DNA of 23,278 nucleotides from an uncultured archaeon (GTDB lineage Archaea; Asgardarchaeota; Thorarchaeia; Thorarchaeales; Thorarchaeaceae): NCBI GenBank assembly GCA_964458565.1, contig CAYWJO010000012.1, positions 1 to 23,278 of the forward strand, read 5' to 3'. Shown piece by piece: positions 1 to 8,037 of this stretch (position 1 is its first letter; each line of letters starts with the position of its first letter). The notes under the pieces were generated by a model. It saw only the letters and a program-made list of their open reading frames with translations, ran no database searches and was not told where the DNA came from. The position numbers and the translations under genes were made by a program.

Positions 1-161
1 AATGCACGTGATGTCTTTCTAACAAAGAATGACCCAATGGCACCAGCAATGAACATCAATACCCATGCACCTCCAAGTTGAAGTGCAATTCCTAGCACAA
101 TCGTGATGATCCACGCAGGCACAAAACCAAGTTCTGGAAAGATGTCATCAAATTTTCTCAT
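1..161 (-). CDS. Hypothetical membrane protein, N-terminal part only (runs off the left edge)
   Basis: ATG at 161 directly follows the acylase TAA (TAAATG). Manual translation is open to the edge: MRKFDDIFPELGFVPAWIITIVLGIALQLGGAWVLMFIAGAIGSFFVRKTSRA, with two hydrophobic segments. Not in the ORF track. Confidence 0.75.
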   Translation of the reverse strand, partial: MRKFDDIFPELGFVPAWIITIVLGIALQLGGAWVLMFIAGAIGSFFVRKTSRA

Positions 162-2771
162 TTAACCAACTCCTGGAATGAAGGTGATTGTTCTCTCAAT
201 CGCAATAGGGCTAGCATCTATTCTGAATGCTTCTGCTGAATCGTAGAAGTACATTATGTGATAGCCATACTGCATTGTGGTCTCATCGAAGTTATACCAA
301 TAATCATAGAAGATGTCGTCATAGTGTGGACTGAACATATTTCCACTCTGCCCTCCTGGATATGCGCCATAGCAGTTAGATAGGTTGGATAGATCAGCTA
401 CCATACGCCAAGATGGCCCGTGTGTCACACTCCACCCACCTGCAGCGTTAAGTGTCTGTCCTCCTCTATGTGGTCCACCACCAATATAGGTCATATCTAG
501 AAGGTCCCAAAGGTATACATGATGATGATTACCAAAAGCCCAATTAGTGGTATTGTCACCGTATGCCTTCACCATATAATCTAGGACTATATGCAGTGAG
601 AGTACAATAATGTCTTCACTTGTTTCAATAGTACCTGCTGTCTGTTTGTCATCAAACCAATACTGATAGTCATCTTCAAGCATTTTCTCAAGTACAGGAA
701 TTCGTGAGGGTGGGATAGATGTGCTAATCGATTGAATTTCGTCGAAGGTTTCCACTGCGATAGTATCTCTCAATAACCACCACATTGTTGGTGCAATAAG
801 ATCTGTTTCCATGCTATAATCCCAATCTCGAAGCCAATTGACAGCATTATCGACCGTATCATTTTCTTCACCATAGTTGTCCCATGCATCAATGATGTAC
901 GGTACAATCATCTCTGCAGCAACTTCCACTGAATCAGCTTGGAACCTCTTCATGTCATTGATACTGATTGAATCATCATTAGCGAGAAGATAGTCGATAC
1001 GCCTTCCACGGTAGCCATCATCAAATGGTCCTAGGATTTCGTAATCATACTCTTCTGGATCGATTGATCTTTGATTCGCAGATTGTATGTAACCTTGCGA
1101 TGGATTCACTGTACGTGGATTGTGAGCGAATGGAATGAACTCGCTAATACCTACAGATGAACTCGAACCATCAACAGGAAACATACCTGAATACCCTTGT
1201 CTAATTGGTAATCGACCCGTTACAGTTAAAGCTATATTACCTTCAACATCAGCATACACAATATTTTGTCCGGGTGAATCCCACCAAAACATGGCTTCAT
1301 GATATTGATCAATATTCTGTGCTGTTTGAAGCATTCCCAAGGCCATGATTTCATGTGTGATGCTGTTACCTGTCCAGTTCATTGCTAGATAGGGCTCGTT
1401 AAGATCACCAAGGCCATAGTAGATCCTTGCTGAGTCAATGAGTGGACCATGAATCGACCGCTTTACTTCGAAATCGATGGTTGTTCCTTCTCTTGTTAGA
1501 ATGGGTTCAGGGATGATTTCAAAGTCGACTTGTTCTCCATCATACCAATATTTGTCTGGATTTCCGTCTACCAAATCTTCGACGAAGAAATCTGTAACAT
1601 CAGCTCCGACGTTTGTAAATCCCCATGCTATTTTGTCATTATGACCTAGCAACACTCCTGGCAATCCGGGTAGTGTAACACCTGTAACATCAATTGGATG
1701 AACAGGATCATCTGCAACGATATGAGCCTCATACCAGAGTGCAGGCGCTTGAAACCCAAGATGTGGGTCATTTGCTAGAATAGGCATTCCTGTTGTCGTG
1801 CGATTTCCATGGACTACCCAGTTATTTGAACCAACAAATTCCATATCGCCAAGAGGTTTGATTGCACCATCCATGAATTGAATGAGTGCTGCCAATTTCT
1901 CTTTTGAAATCTCCATCGAATTTGTGTCATCTGCAATGGATTGTGCACTTGGTATTGCAGGAGCGGGGTAATCGCCTGGAGCTCTTGATGAATAGGGATA
2001 GTCTGTCACGTTCAAATCATATTGTTCAGAGATTATTGGTACTGTGTTAGGCATCTCGTCTGGAACCAGCTCGTTGTACATTGTATCATTGGAGAGTTCA
2101 TCCTTGATCCATGCTCTTAGTAGGTCATAATATCCTCCTCCAGATAATCCCCATGTCATCATCTTCGCGAACAAGAAGATATCATGTCTAGTCCACAAAC
2201 GTGGGTTCCATCCGAGAAGCTTAAACTCGATTGGTAATTGTGCTGGTGTCATAGAATTAATGTAGGTATTTACACCCACGATGAGAGCATCAATTACATC
2301 CATCACAAATGCAACATCTTCATTCGCCATGTTGTCCTCATACCACTCAAGGGTTTCTTGAGCTGAACGTGCAAGTCCTATGGAACGATATAGTTTGTCC
2401 GATATACTTGCATACTCCCCGACTACTTCACTTATCCTACCAGCTGCAAGCATATTCTGCATCATCATCTGAAAAAGCCGTTCTTTGGCATGGAGATAGC
2501 CAAGTGCCATGAAGGCGTCTTCGACAGTATCTGCATAGATGTGTGGAATCCCAACATTGTCAATTAGTACAGTTACATCAGCATCAAGACCTATCAACTG
2601 TATCTGTTGAGTTTCAGGCTCATTCACAATACCACCATAATCAAAAATTCCTCCAATAGGTTGGATTATTCCTAATCCCCCAGCAAGAGGTCCAATGGGC
2701 ATTGTGAGGATTACAATCATGACGACAGGGAATACAATCGATATTCCAAGTTTTGCAAGTTTCCTCTTCAT
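162..2771 (-). CDS. Penicillin acylase family (Ntn-hydrolase, peptidase S45) protein, exported or membrane-anchored
   Basis: Family motifs GIPHIYA..DAFMALGYLHAKERLFQM, GSNNW (nucleophile Ser of the beta chain), LANDPHL, WYEAH, QNIVYAD and PGGQSGN. Basic + hydrophobic N-terminus MKRKLAKLGISIVFPVVMIVIL. ATG 2771 preferred over the TTG at 2789. Confidence 0.93.
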   Translation of the reverse strand: MKRKLAKLGISIVFPVVMIVILTMPIGPLAGGLGIIQPIGGIFDYGGIVNEPETQQIQLIGLDADVTVLIDNVGIPHIYADTVEDAFMALGYLHAKERLFQMMMQNMLAAGRISEVVGEYASISDKLYRSIGLARSAQETLEWYEDNMANEDVAFVMDVIDALIVGVNTYINSMTPAQLPIEFKLLGWNPRLWTRHDIFLFAKMMTWGLSGGGYYDLLRAWIKDELSNDTMYNELVPDEMPNTVPIISEQYDLNVTDYPYSSRAPGDYPAPAIPSAQSIADDTNSMEISKEKLAALIQFMDGAIKPLGDMEFVGSNNWVVHGNRTTTGMPILANDPHLGFQAPALWYEAHIVADDPVHPIDVTGVTLPGLPGVLLGHNDKIAWGFTNVGADVTDFFVEDLVDGNPDKYWYDGEQVDFEIIPEPILTREGTTIDFEVKRSIHGPLIDSARIYYGLGDLNEPYLAMNWTGNSITHEIMALGMLQTAQNIDQYHEAMFWWDSPGQNIVYADVEGNIALTVTGRLPIRQGYSGMFPVDGSSSSVGISEFIPFAHNPRTVNPSQGYIQSANQRSIDPEEYDYEILGPFDDGYRGRRIDYLLANDDSISINDMKRFQADSVEVAAEMIVPYIIDAWDNYGEENDTVDNAVNWLRDWDYSMETDLIAPTMWWLLRDTIAVETFDEIQSISTSIPPSRIPVLEKMLEDDYQYWFDDKQTAGTIETSEDIIVLSLHIVLDYMVKAYGDNTTNWAFGNHHHVYLWDLLDMTYIGGGPHRGGQTLNAAGGWSVTHGPSWRMVADLSNLSNCYGAYPGGQSGNMFSPHYDDIFYDYWYNFDETTMQYGYHIMYFYDSAEAFRIDASPIAIERTITFIPGVG

Positions 2772-2986
2772 TCCAATCCACTCGAGCAATTAGATTAACA
2801 GATTTGATATGCTCGGTGACTCTTAAGCCTTCGGGGACAGGAAGTTATGGATATCCAAGATGAAGAAGGACATTTTTCTGTATTTTATCCAAAACCCCCT
2901 TTTCCTATTTTTCCTGAGTTTCTTAGATATTCTTTGAAGTATAATAGTGGGTTTTATACGGGATTGTTGAAAAGAGGAATTGGAGT

Positions 2987-4960
2987 GTGCCGGTCTTTAC
3001 GGATAAGTCTGGAGAAGAAACTGTAATTAAACATCCAGATGGTAACATAACTAAAGGCCATATCAGATGGACAGATGATGGTCCTATCCTTACTCTGGAA
3101 GATGGTCGAGTTATTCGTGAAGAATTAGGATACATCTATCGAGTCCAGAAGAAAATTGTGATTGATAATTTAGGCAAAAGTGTAGAGGTTCCCTTGGGTG
3201 AAGAAATCGAACTTGAATTCAAGCCTTATCATAATTCGACTCGTCCCTATGCTAAAGGAATGGCTCAGACTGATGTCATGATTTGGCCTCCTCCCAAGGG
3301 AGAACTACAAGGACGCTCTGGTGGTTGGTATGGACGGATGGTTCAGGGAGAGGATCCTACGAACTACTTCCTTCAAAGAATGTGCGAATTTGAGGATTCG
3401 TGGTTAACAATAATTTCGGATAACATGAGTCTGGAATCACATCCGATTGCTCCTTACGAAACACCTGCTCTCACTATGGATGATGACTTGTTAGCATATA
3501 AGAAAATGATAGATTACTTACCAGATCTGAGCGAGGATCGAACTAAGATTCTCGCTATTCTTGATACACCTCCTCCTGATTTTGCAAAACTTGCATCTAT
3601 TACTGAGAAGACTCCAGGAATTTATCCAAAACTTGGGTTAACCATGCGACAATCCTTGAACTCAATAATCCCCATGAATTTTGAAGATTCTGTTCGAGAG
3701 GATATAATGGTCTTCATCGCATGGATGTTAACCAATAGTCTTCCTCACGGTGATCCTGTAGAGCTTTTCGAATCTTTGATTTCTGTCCCTACCGCGAAAG
3801 CTCTTCTTGAAATCCATTATGTTCGAGAAGCAATTGGATTACCTCCACTAGATTACATTAATATTCTTCATACGAAAATTGGGTACACCCGAGGAATTTA
3901 TGAACGTGATTCTTTAGTACGTCAAATTGTTACAGCATACCCCCTAGATATGATCAACAAACAAATGGTAGACATTATCAAATATCTAAACGCGGGTCAA
4001 TCAATTCCGAATGGACTACCTATCACAAAAGAACAAGCTGTTGAATCCCAACAGAAGTGGAATACTCGTGCTTTGCTATACTGGAACGGAGTTAGATTAG
4101 AACTTATTCCAAAATTAGATACGATTGGTTTACGCGAAGTTGTATTTCATGGATCTGCGCATCAATGGCCTCATACACATTTAGCTTGGTCTGGTTTATT
4201 ACCTGATATTGGTGACATAAAGAGATTCAGTTCAATGATAATGCCAGTTGAAGCTGCAGAGCGGACAACTCGCAGAAGTGGTTCTGCTATCATTAATCAT
4301 TATATTCGTGCAGATAATTGGGATTTATATGATACAGAAAGATCTAGATGGACTCTTGAATCCAGACTCACTGCTGCTGTGAATGGCCAGAGGTCTTATG
4401 ACAAGTTTTGTAGTGACTTCAAGCTAAAAAAACCTTCAAGGGTACAAATGATAACTCCCGATGAGGGGAAGGCACTTGATCTATCACAATCTCCAGGTAT
4501 CTATTTAGATAAGTTTGAGAGCCCTCAGCGTGCATATCGATTCGGTTCAACCACGAATTTACATAAAACACTCAATGGTCTTTTATCAAAAAATCTATGT
4601 GAAATTCGATATACAATCACAACTCAATTCTTCTTGGGGCTATATACTCGTTTAAGCGGAGAAGCTTCACGGGTTTTATCTACAACCTCAGGAATTCTGA
4701 AACATACTCCCTTCAGTTCAGTCCGTATTGCTGATAACGGTCAACTTGCATTTATTGTTTCTAGGTTACCACAATATTTAGTAGATCAATATACAAGCAC
4801 ACTTCTTGGAGGGCTTGATTCAAACGATCTTATTGTTGAGATATCGAGACTTCAAGCTATGAGATCATATAGGAGCAATCTTTTCCAAAGGTTAGGAAAG
4901 ATCGATGGTGGATGGGTCGATGATATTGATAAGTGGCTTATTCAAGGTCGCACTGATTAA
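2987..4960 (+). CDS. Large hypothetical protein with probable C-terminal winged-HTH + Lrp/AsnC-like module (putative regulator)
   Basis: 657-aa ORF, GTG start after GAGG/GGAG, TTTTATA box at ~2952. The C-terminal ~170 aa align by eye with the C-terminus of 11026..12681. The ORF is solid; the function is inferred. Confidence 0.7.
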   Translation: MPVFTDKSGEETVIKHPDGNITKGHIRWTDDGPILTLEDGRVIREELGYIYRVQKKIVIDNLGKSVEVPLGEEIELEFKPYHNSTRPYAKGMAQTDVMIWPPPKGELQGRSGGWYGRMVQGEDPTNYFLQRMCEFEDSWLTIISDNMSLESHPIAPYETPALTMDDDLLAYKKMIDYLPDLSEDRTKILAILDTPPPDFAKLASITEKTPGIYPKLGLTMRQSLNSIIPMNFEDSVREDIMVFIAWMLTNSLPHGDPVELFESLISVPTAKALLEIHYVREAIGLPPLDYINILHTKIGYTRGIYERDSLVRQIVTAYPLDMINKQMVDIIKYLNAGQSIPNGLPITKEQAVESQQKWNTRALLYWNGVRLELIPKLDTIGLREVVFHGSAHQWPHTHLAWSGLLPDIGDIKRFSSMIMPVEAAERTTRRSGSAIINHYIRADNWDLYDTERSRWTLESRLTAAVNGQRSYDKFCSDFKLKKPSRVQMITPDEGKALDLSQSPGIYLDKFESPQRAYRFGSTTNLHKTLNGLLSKNLCEIRYTITTQFFLGLYTRLSGEASRVLSTTSGILKHTPFSSVRIADNGQLAFIVSRLPQYLVDQYTSTLLGGLDSNDLIVEISRLQAMRSYRSNLFQRLGKIDGGWVDDIDKWLIQGRTD

Positions 4961-5040
4961 TTTATGATACAACCAATTCAATAAAGCTCAATAGATTGCA
5001 GTTCAATCCTTATAATGTCCTCTTTATTCTACTCATGTAT

Positions 5041-5061
5041 TTCATATATTCTATATGAATT
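5041..5061. promoter_or_regulatory. Palindromic putative operator TTCATATA-ttc-TATATGAA upstream of the micropeptide gene
   Basis: Perfect 8-bp inverted repeat (5041-5048/5052-5059). 5044-5061 recurs at 5347-5364 with 17/18 identity. Confidence 0.4.
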
Positions 5062-5162
5062 TTTAACATTTTTTGATGTAATATTGGAAATTGTTCATCA
5101 TCGAAGTTTCGATTCCATCATGATTCTCTAAGTTGTGTAAGAACATTAGGTGAAAACTGAAA

Positions 5163-5246
5163 ATGATGTACAATGATCCCCTCAACGGTCCAGAAATTCC
5201 TTGGAATACTGAAGATCCATTAAACGGTCCTGAAATTCCTTGGTGA
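5163..5246 (+). CDS. 27-aa micropeptide MMYNDPLNGPEIPWNTEDPLNGPEIPW with duplicated core (candidate signal peptide or RiPP-like precursor)
   Basis: AGGTGA RBS at 5148-5153, ATG at 5163, TGA at 5244-5246. The two 30-nt core copies differ at 4 positions, all synonymous in this frame. Followed by hairpins and a T-tract. Confidence 0.78.
   Translation: MMYNDPLNGPEIPWNTEDPLNGPEIPW
5175..5243 (+). repeat. Direct repeat, 2 x 30 nt with 39-nt period, encoding DPLNGPEIPW
   Basis: gatcccctcaacggtccagaaattccttgg (5175-5204) vs gatccattaaacggtcctgaaattccttgg (5214-5243), 26/30 identical. Confidence 0.95.
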
Positions 5247-5252
5247 AAACAC

Positions 5253-5322
5253 CGAAGCATCTTAACCTGAAAGGATGCTTCGTTGCTCCGAGCGTATGCT
5301 ACGGAGCATTACCTTCTTTTTT
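5253..5322 (+). terminator. Tandem hairpins plus T-tract after the micropeptide gene
   Basis: CGAAGCATC/GATGCTTCG (5253-5261/5274-5282). TGCTCCG-AGC-gtat-GCT-a-CGGAGCA (5284-5308). Then CTTCTTTTTT. Confidence 0.7.
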
Positions 5323-5346
5323 ATATCAAATAAATATCAGTCCATA

Positions 5347-5364
5347 ATATATTTTATATGAATT
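5347..5364. promoter_or_regulatory. Second copy of the ATATATTYTATATGAATT motif, upstream of the 7-TM gene
   Basis: 17/18 match to 5044-5061. Lies ~47 nt upstream of a TTTTTAAG TATA-like box (5411-5418). Confidence 0.35.
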
Positions 5365-5450
5365 AGGGCTCTAATAACATCTAAAAACAAAAAAAGGGAA
5401 TTTTGGGGTGTTTTTAAGCCAATGAGATGATAAATGAGGGAGTGAGTAAA

Positions 5451-6137
5451 ATGCAAACATTCGAGTTGGCCCTTGGTGCTAATCTGGTTAGTAGCTTGGT
5501 ATCAGCGCTAGTCGCGATATTCCTCCTACATCTCTGGTATAGACAAGAAAATAGGATCTATACAGACCTCCCTCTTGTATTCAGTATCACATTCATCTCC
5601 ATGGCTTTGAATGCCATGCTTCAATACTTGACCATTGGTGGTCTGGTTCCTGATAGTATGGAGACTTTTCGATTGCGTGCGATGTTCATCAGCGGTTCAG
5701 CACTGCCTCTACTTGCAGCTCTCCTAAACATATGGCTCCCACGAATTGAACGTTATCATTTACGAATCATGATTCTTTCAATCGTCTATTGGACTGGAGT
5801 TTCGCTCTTTGGTCCCACTGATGTACTAATCATGAGTCTATTGATCCCTCTCCTATTGATCTTCTCATTGGGAATGTTAGTAACATTTGCGATTACGTGG
5901 AAGACTGGTCGACTAAAAGAAGTTCGAAGTGAACTGATGGTTGTTTCACTAGCTATTGGGTTTGTATCACAAGCTCTTAAGCTTCCTCTTCAAGCTGCAG
6001 GATTTGACTGGCTAGTAGTCAGCATTGCTGCCATGACTGCAGTGATAGCTGCTGTTGCACTTGCCAATCCTTGGTACCGTAGAAATCTCTCCCATACAAG
6101 TGTAGCATTAGATGCGACCTATCCACTACCACACTAA
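5451..6137 (+). CDS. Stand-alone 7-transmembrane membrane protein (sensor/receptor-like)
   Basis: Seven hydrophobic segments by eye, short loops, ANPWY ending TM7 and a short basic tail. ATG 5451 follows GGGAGTGA (alternative start 5427). Confidence 0.75.
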   Translation: MQTFELALGANLVSSLVSALVAIFLLHLWYRQENRIYTDLPLVFSITFISMALNAMLQYLTIGGLVPDSMETFRLRAMFISGSALPLLAALLNIWLPRIERYHLRIMILSIVYWTGVSLFGPTDVLIMSLLIPLLLIFSLGMLVTFAITWKTGRLKEVRSELMVVSLAIGFVSQALKLPLQAAGFDWLVVSIAAMTAVIAAVALANPWYRRNLSHTSVALDATYPLPH

Positions 6138-6153
6138 ACCGGTGGTGTTGAGA

Positions 6154-7023
6154 ATGAAGGTTAAAGTAGTTGCATTGTATGAAGACAGTAATGACCCAAC
6201 TGGGAAGATGAAGTCAGCTCGCGGCATGAGCTGGCTCTTAGAATTTGATAATCAAAGGATTCTCTTTGATGTTGGAATGCAGGGGAAGATACTCCTCCAT
6301 AACATGGGGCATTTGAATCTCCGACCTGATGACATAGATGTGCTTGCACTATCGCATGCTCACATGGATCACACAGGAGGACTACCAGAGTTTCTAGAAG
6401 ATCGTACTTCCAAACATCCACTTCCTGTGATAGCGCATCCATCTATACTCGAAAGGAAGCGTGCAGCACGAATTATGAACATTGGTCTTCCTGAATTGGA
6501 CGATGATTGGAGAATCCAGATGCATTTCAAGCTCAATCGTGCTCCGGTTGCAATCAATCCATTTCTTTATACAACCGGTGAGATTTCAAACCGTCCTCAC
6601 AAGGATGGGACAGGTTGGGTTATGCAACATTTCTCAGGTCTGAAATGGGAGCGTGATCCAATCTTGGATGATCTCTCCCTTGTGCTTGAAACTAAACAAG
6701 GGTTGGTTGTCATATGTGGATGTTGTCATGCAGGACTTCTTAATACTCTTGAACACGTGACTACTTCATTCGGACGAGATGTGTTTACTGTTCTTGGTGG
6801 AACTCACATGAGGTCTTTTCAGAGAGAAGATATGGAATATGTAGCAAGGATTCTTGAGAATAAATTCAGTAGCCCTCGACTTGGAGTAGGTCATTGTACT
6901 GGGAAAAAGCAAATAGAATGGTTACAGGAACGATTTAGTGGAGAACGAGTAGTACCCATTCATGTTGGCTGGAATTATGAGTTCGACGTAGTAGGCTCAA
7001 TTATTATCCACGACATACATTAA
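6154..7023 (+). CDS. MBL-fold metallo-hydrolase (COG1237-like; 7,8-dihydropterin-6-yl-methyl-4-(beta-D-ribofuranosyl)aminobenzene 5'-phosphate synthase-like subfamily)
   Basis: ILFDVG, SHAHMDHTGGL (HxHxDH), GCCHAG, GGTH and HCTG motifs. ATG 6154 follows GGTGGTG and removes the overlap with the upstream gene. Confidence 0.88.
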   Translation: MKVKVVALYEDSNDPTGKMKSARGMSWLLEFDNQRILFDVGMQGKILLHNMGHLNLRPDDIDVLALSHAHMDHTGGLPEFLEDRTSKHPLPVIAHPSILERKRAARIMNIGLPELDDDWRIQMHFKLNRAPVAINPFLYTTGEISNRPHKDGTGWVMQHFSGLKWERDPILDDLSLVLETKQGLVVICGCCHAGLLNTLEHVTTSFGRDVFTVLGGTHMRSFQREDMEYVARILENKFSSPRLGVGHCTGKKQIEWLQERFSGERVVPIHVGWNYEFDVVGSIIIHDIH

Positions 7024-7067
7024 CGTTGATTGCATGATAGATTGACGAGATATGAAAAAGAGAGTTG

Positions 7068-7099
7068 AGCTCCCTTTTTAATTAGGGAGCTTGTTTTTC
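7068..7099. terminator. Bidirectional terminator-like hairpin between convergent genes
   Basis: AGCTCCCT/AGGGAGCT perfect stem (7068-7075/7084-7091), with pyrimidine/T tracts following on both strands. Confidence 0.65.
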
Positions 7100-7101
7100 T
7101 A

Positions 7102-8025
7102 CTAGACATCACCTTTCATTTGAGTCATAGCTATAAGTTTCTTCATAAACCAACGTTTGATTTTCCCAGTCTTAATGATTTTACCTTTCACTAAGTCGAT
7201 ATGCCAAGTTGTTGGAACAACTGGTACATTCTTACTCAGTCCAAATTTGTAATCCATTACTGCTGATGCTACCAACGCTGAATTGAGTCGACACCCAGCT
7301 GCGACAGCTGGAGCCTTTCCTAATTTAGATCTTTGTCGAGCTAAAGTCATATCCATTCCTGCTGGTCGAGTTGAGAGAAACATCACCCCAAAATTCTCAA
7401 CATATCGCCTGAATGTGAGGTCCCCTGGGTCATTGCTCTCAGGTGGGACGCCAAAGTATTCATCAAATGTAGGTGATTTTTCTGGATCGAATATTCCAAT
7501 AGCTGCCCCATATCCTATTGCTGGGCAACAGAAAACTGCTTGACCATTTTCTCTTGCTACATTGAAGTATTTACGTTTGGCTTCCATCGCGTAGATATCG
7601 ATCCCGTCAACAACTACGTCAGCACCTTCTAGGAACTCTTCAACATTCTCAGTTGTGACACCATTGGGATATACTTCCACAGTGGCGAGAGGATTAATCT
7701 TTTTGATTTCCTCTGCAATTACTACTGCTTTGTTTTTTCCTAAGGTTTCAGAGGTGCACCCTAACTGACGGTTCAAGTTGCTCATGCCATATTCATCAGG
7801 GTCTGCAACTCTAAAGTGCTGATAACCCATCTGAGCCAGAGTAATTGCGACGTCCGCGTTTCCTCCAACTCCTGCGATAGAAACAACCATTCGAGAGACC
7901 TCTTCCTGTTGTTCAGGAGTTAGTACACCAAGGTTTCGATCCACCATCTGATTGTAATAATCTGTGGGAATCTCCTGGTTGGGTTCCACCATTTCAAAGC
8001 TAGGTGGGATTGATTCAGTTGCCAT
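7102..8025 (-). CDS. ThiF/E1-like adenylyltransferase (non-MoeB type, no CxxC zinc motifs)
   Basis: RNLG, IAGVGG, ADPD, SNLNRQ, KNKA, INP and DVVVDGID motifs. GGAGGT RBS overlaps the GH3 stop codon. Confidence 0.9.
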   Translation of the reverse strand: MATESIPPSFEMVEPNQEIPTDYYNQMVDRNLGVLTPEQQEEVSRMVVSIAGVGGNADVAITLAQMGYQHFRVADPDEYGMSNLNRQLGCTSETLGKNKAVVIAEEIKKINPLATVEVYPNGVTTENVEEFLEGADVVVDGIDIYAMEAKRKYFNVARENGQAVFCCPAIGYGAAIGIFDPEKSPTFDEYFGVPPESNDPGDLTFRRYVENFGVMFLSTRPAGMDMTLARQRSKLGKAPAVAAGCRLNSALVASAVMDYKFGLSKNVPVVPTTWHIDLVKGKIIKTGKIKRWFMKKLIAMTQMKGDV

Positions 8026-8037
8026 TCATTTTACCTC

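Noticed and set aside
2847-3026. 59-aa plus-strand ORF overlapping the start of the 657-aa gene
   Set aside because: Spans the promoter and TATA region with low-complexity composition. Probably spurious.
5175-5243. Repeat as a mini-CRISPR array
   Set aside because: Only two copies with a 9-nt gap, codon-patterned divergence and no cas genes.
5063-5260. 65-aa minus-strand ORF containing QGISGP repeats
   Set aside because: Antisense shadow of the micropeptide. The repeat differences are non-synonymous in this frame, and the RBS and terminator support the plus strand.
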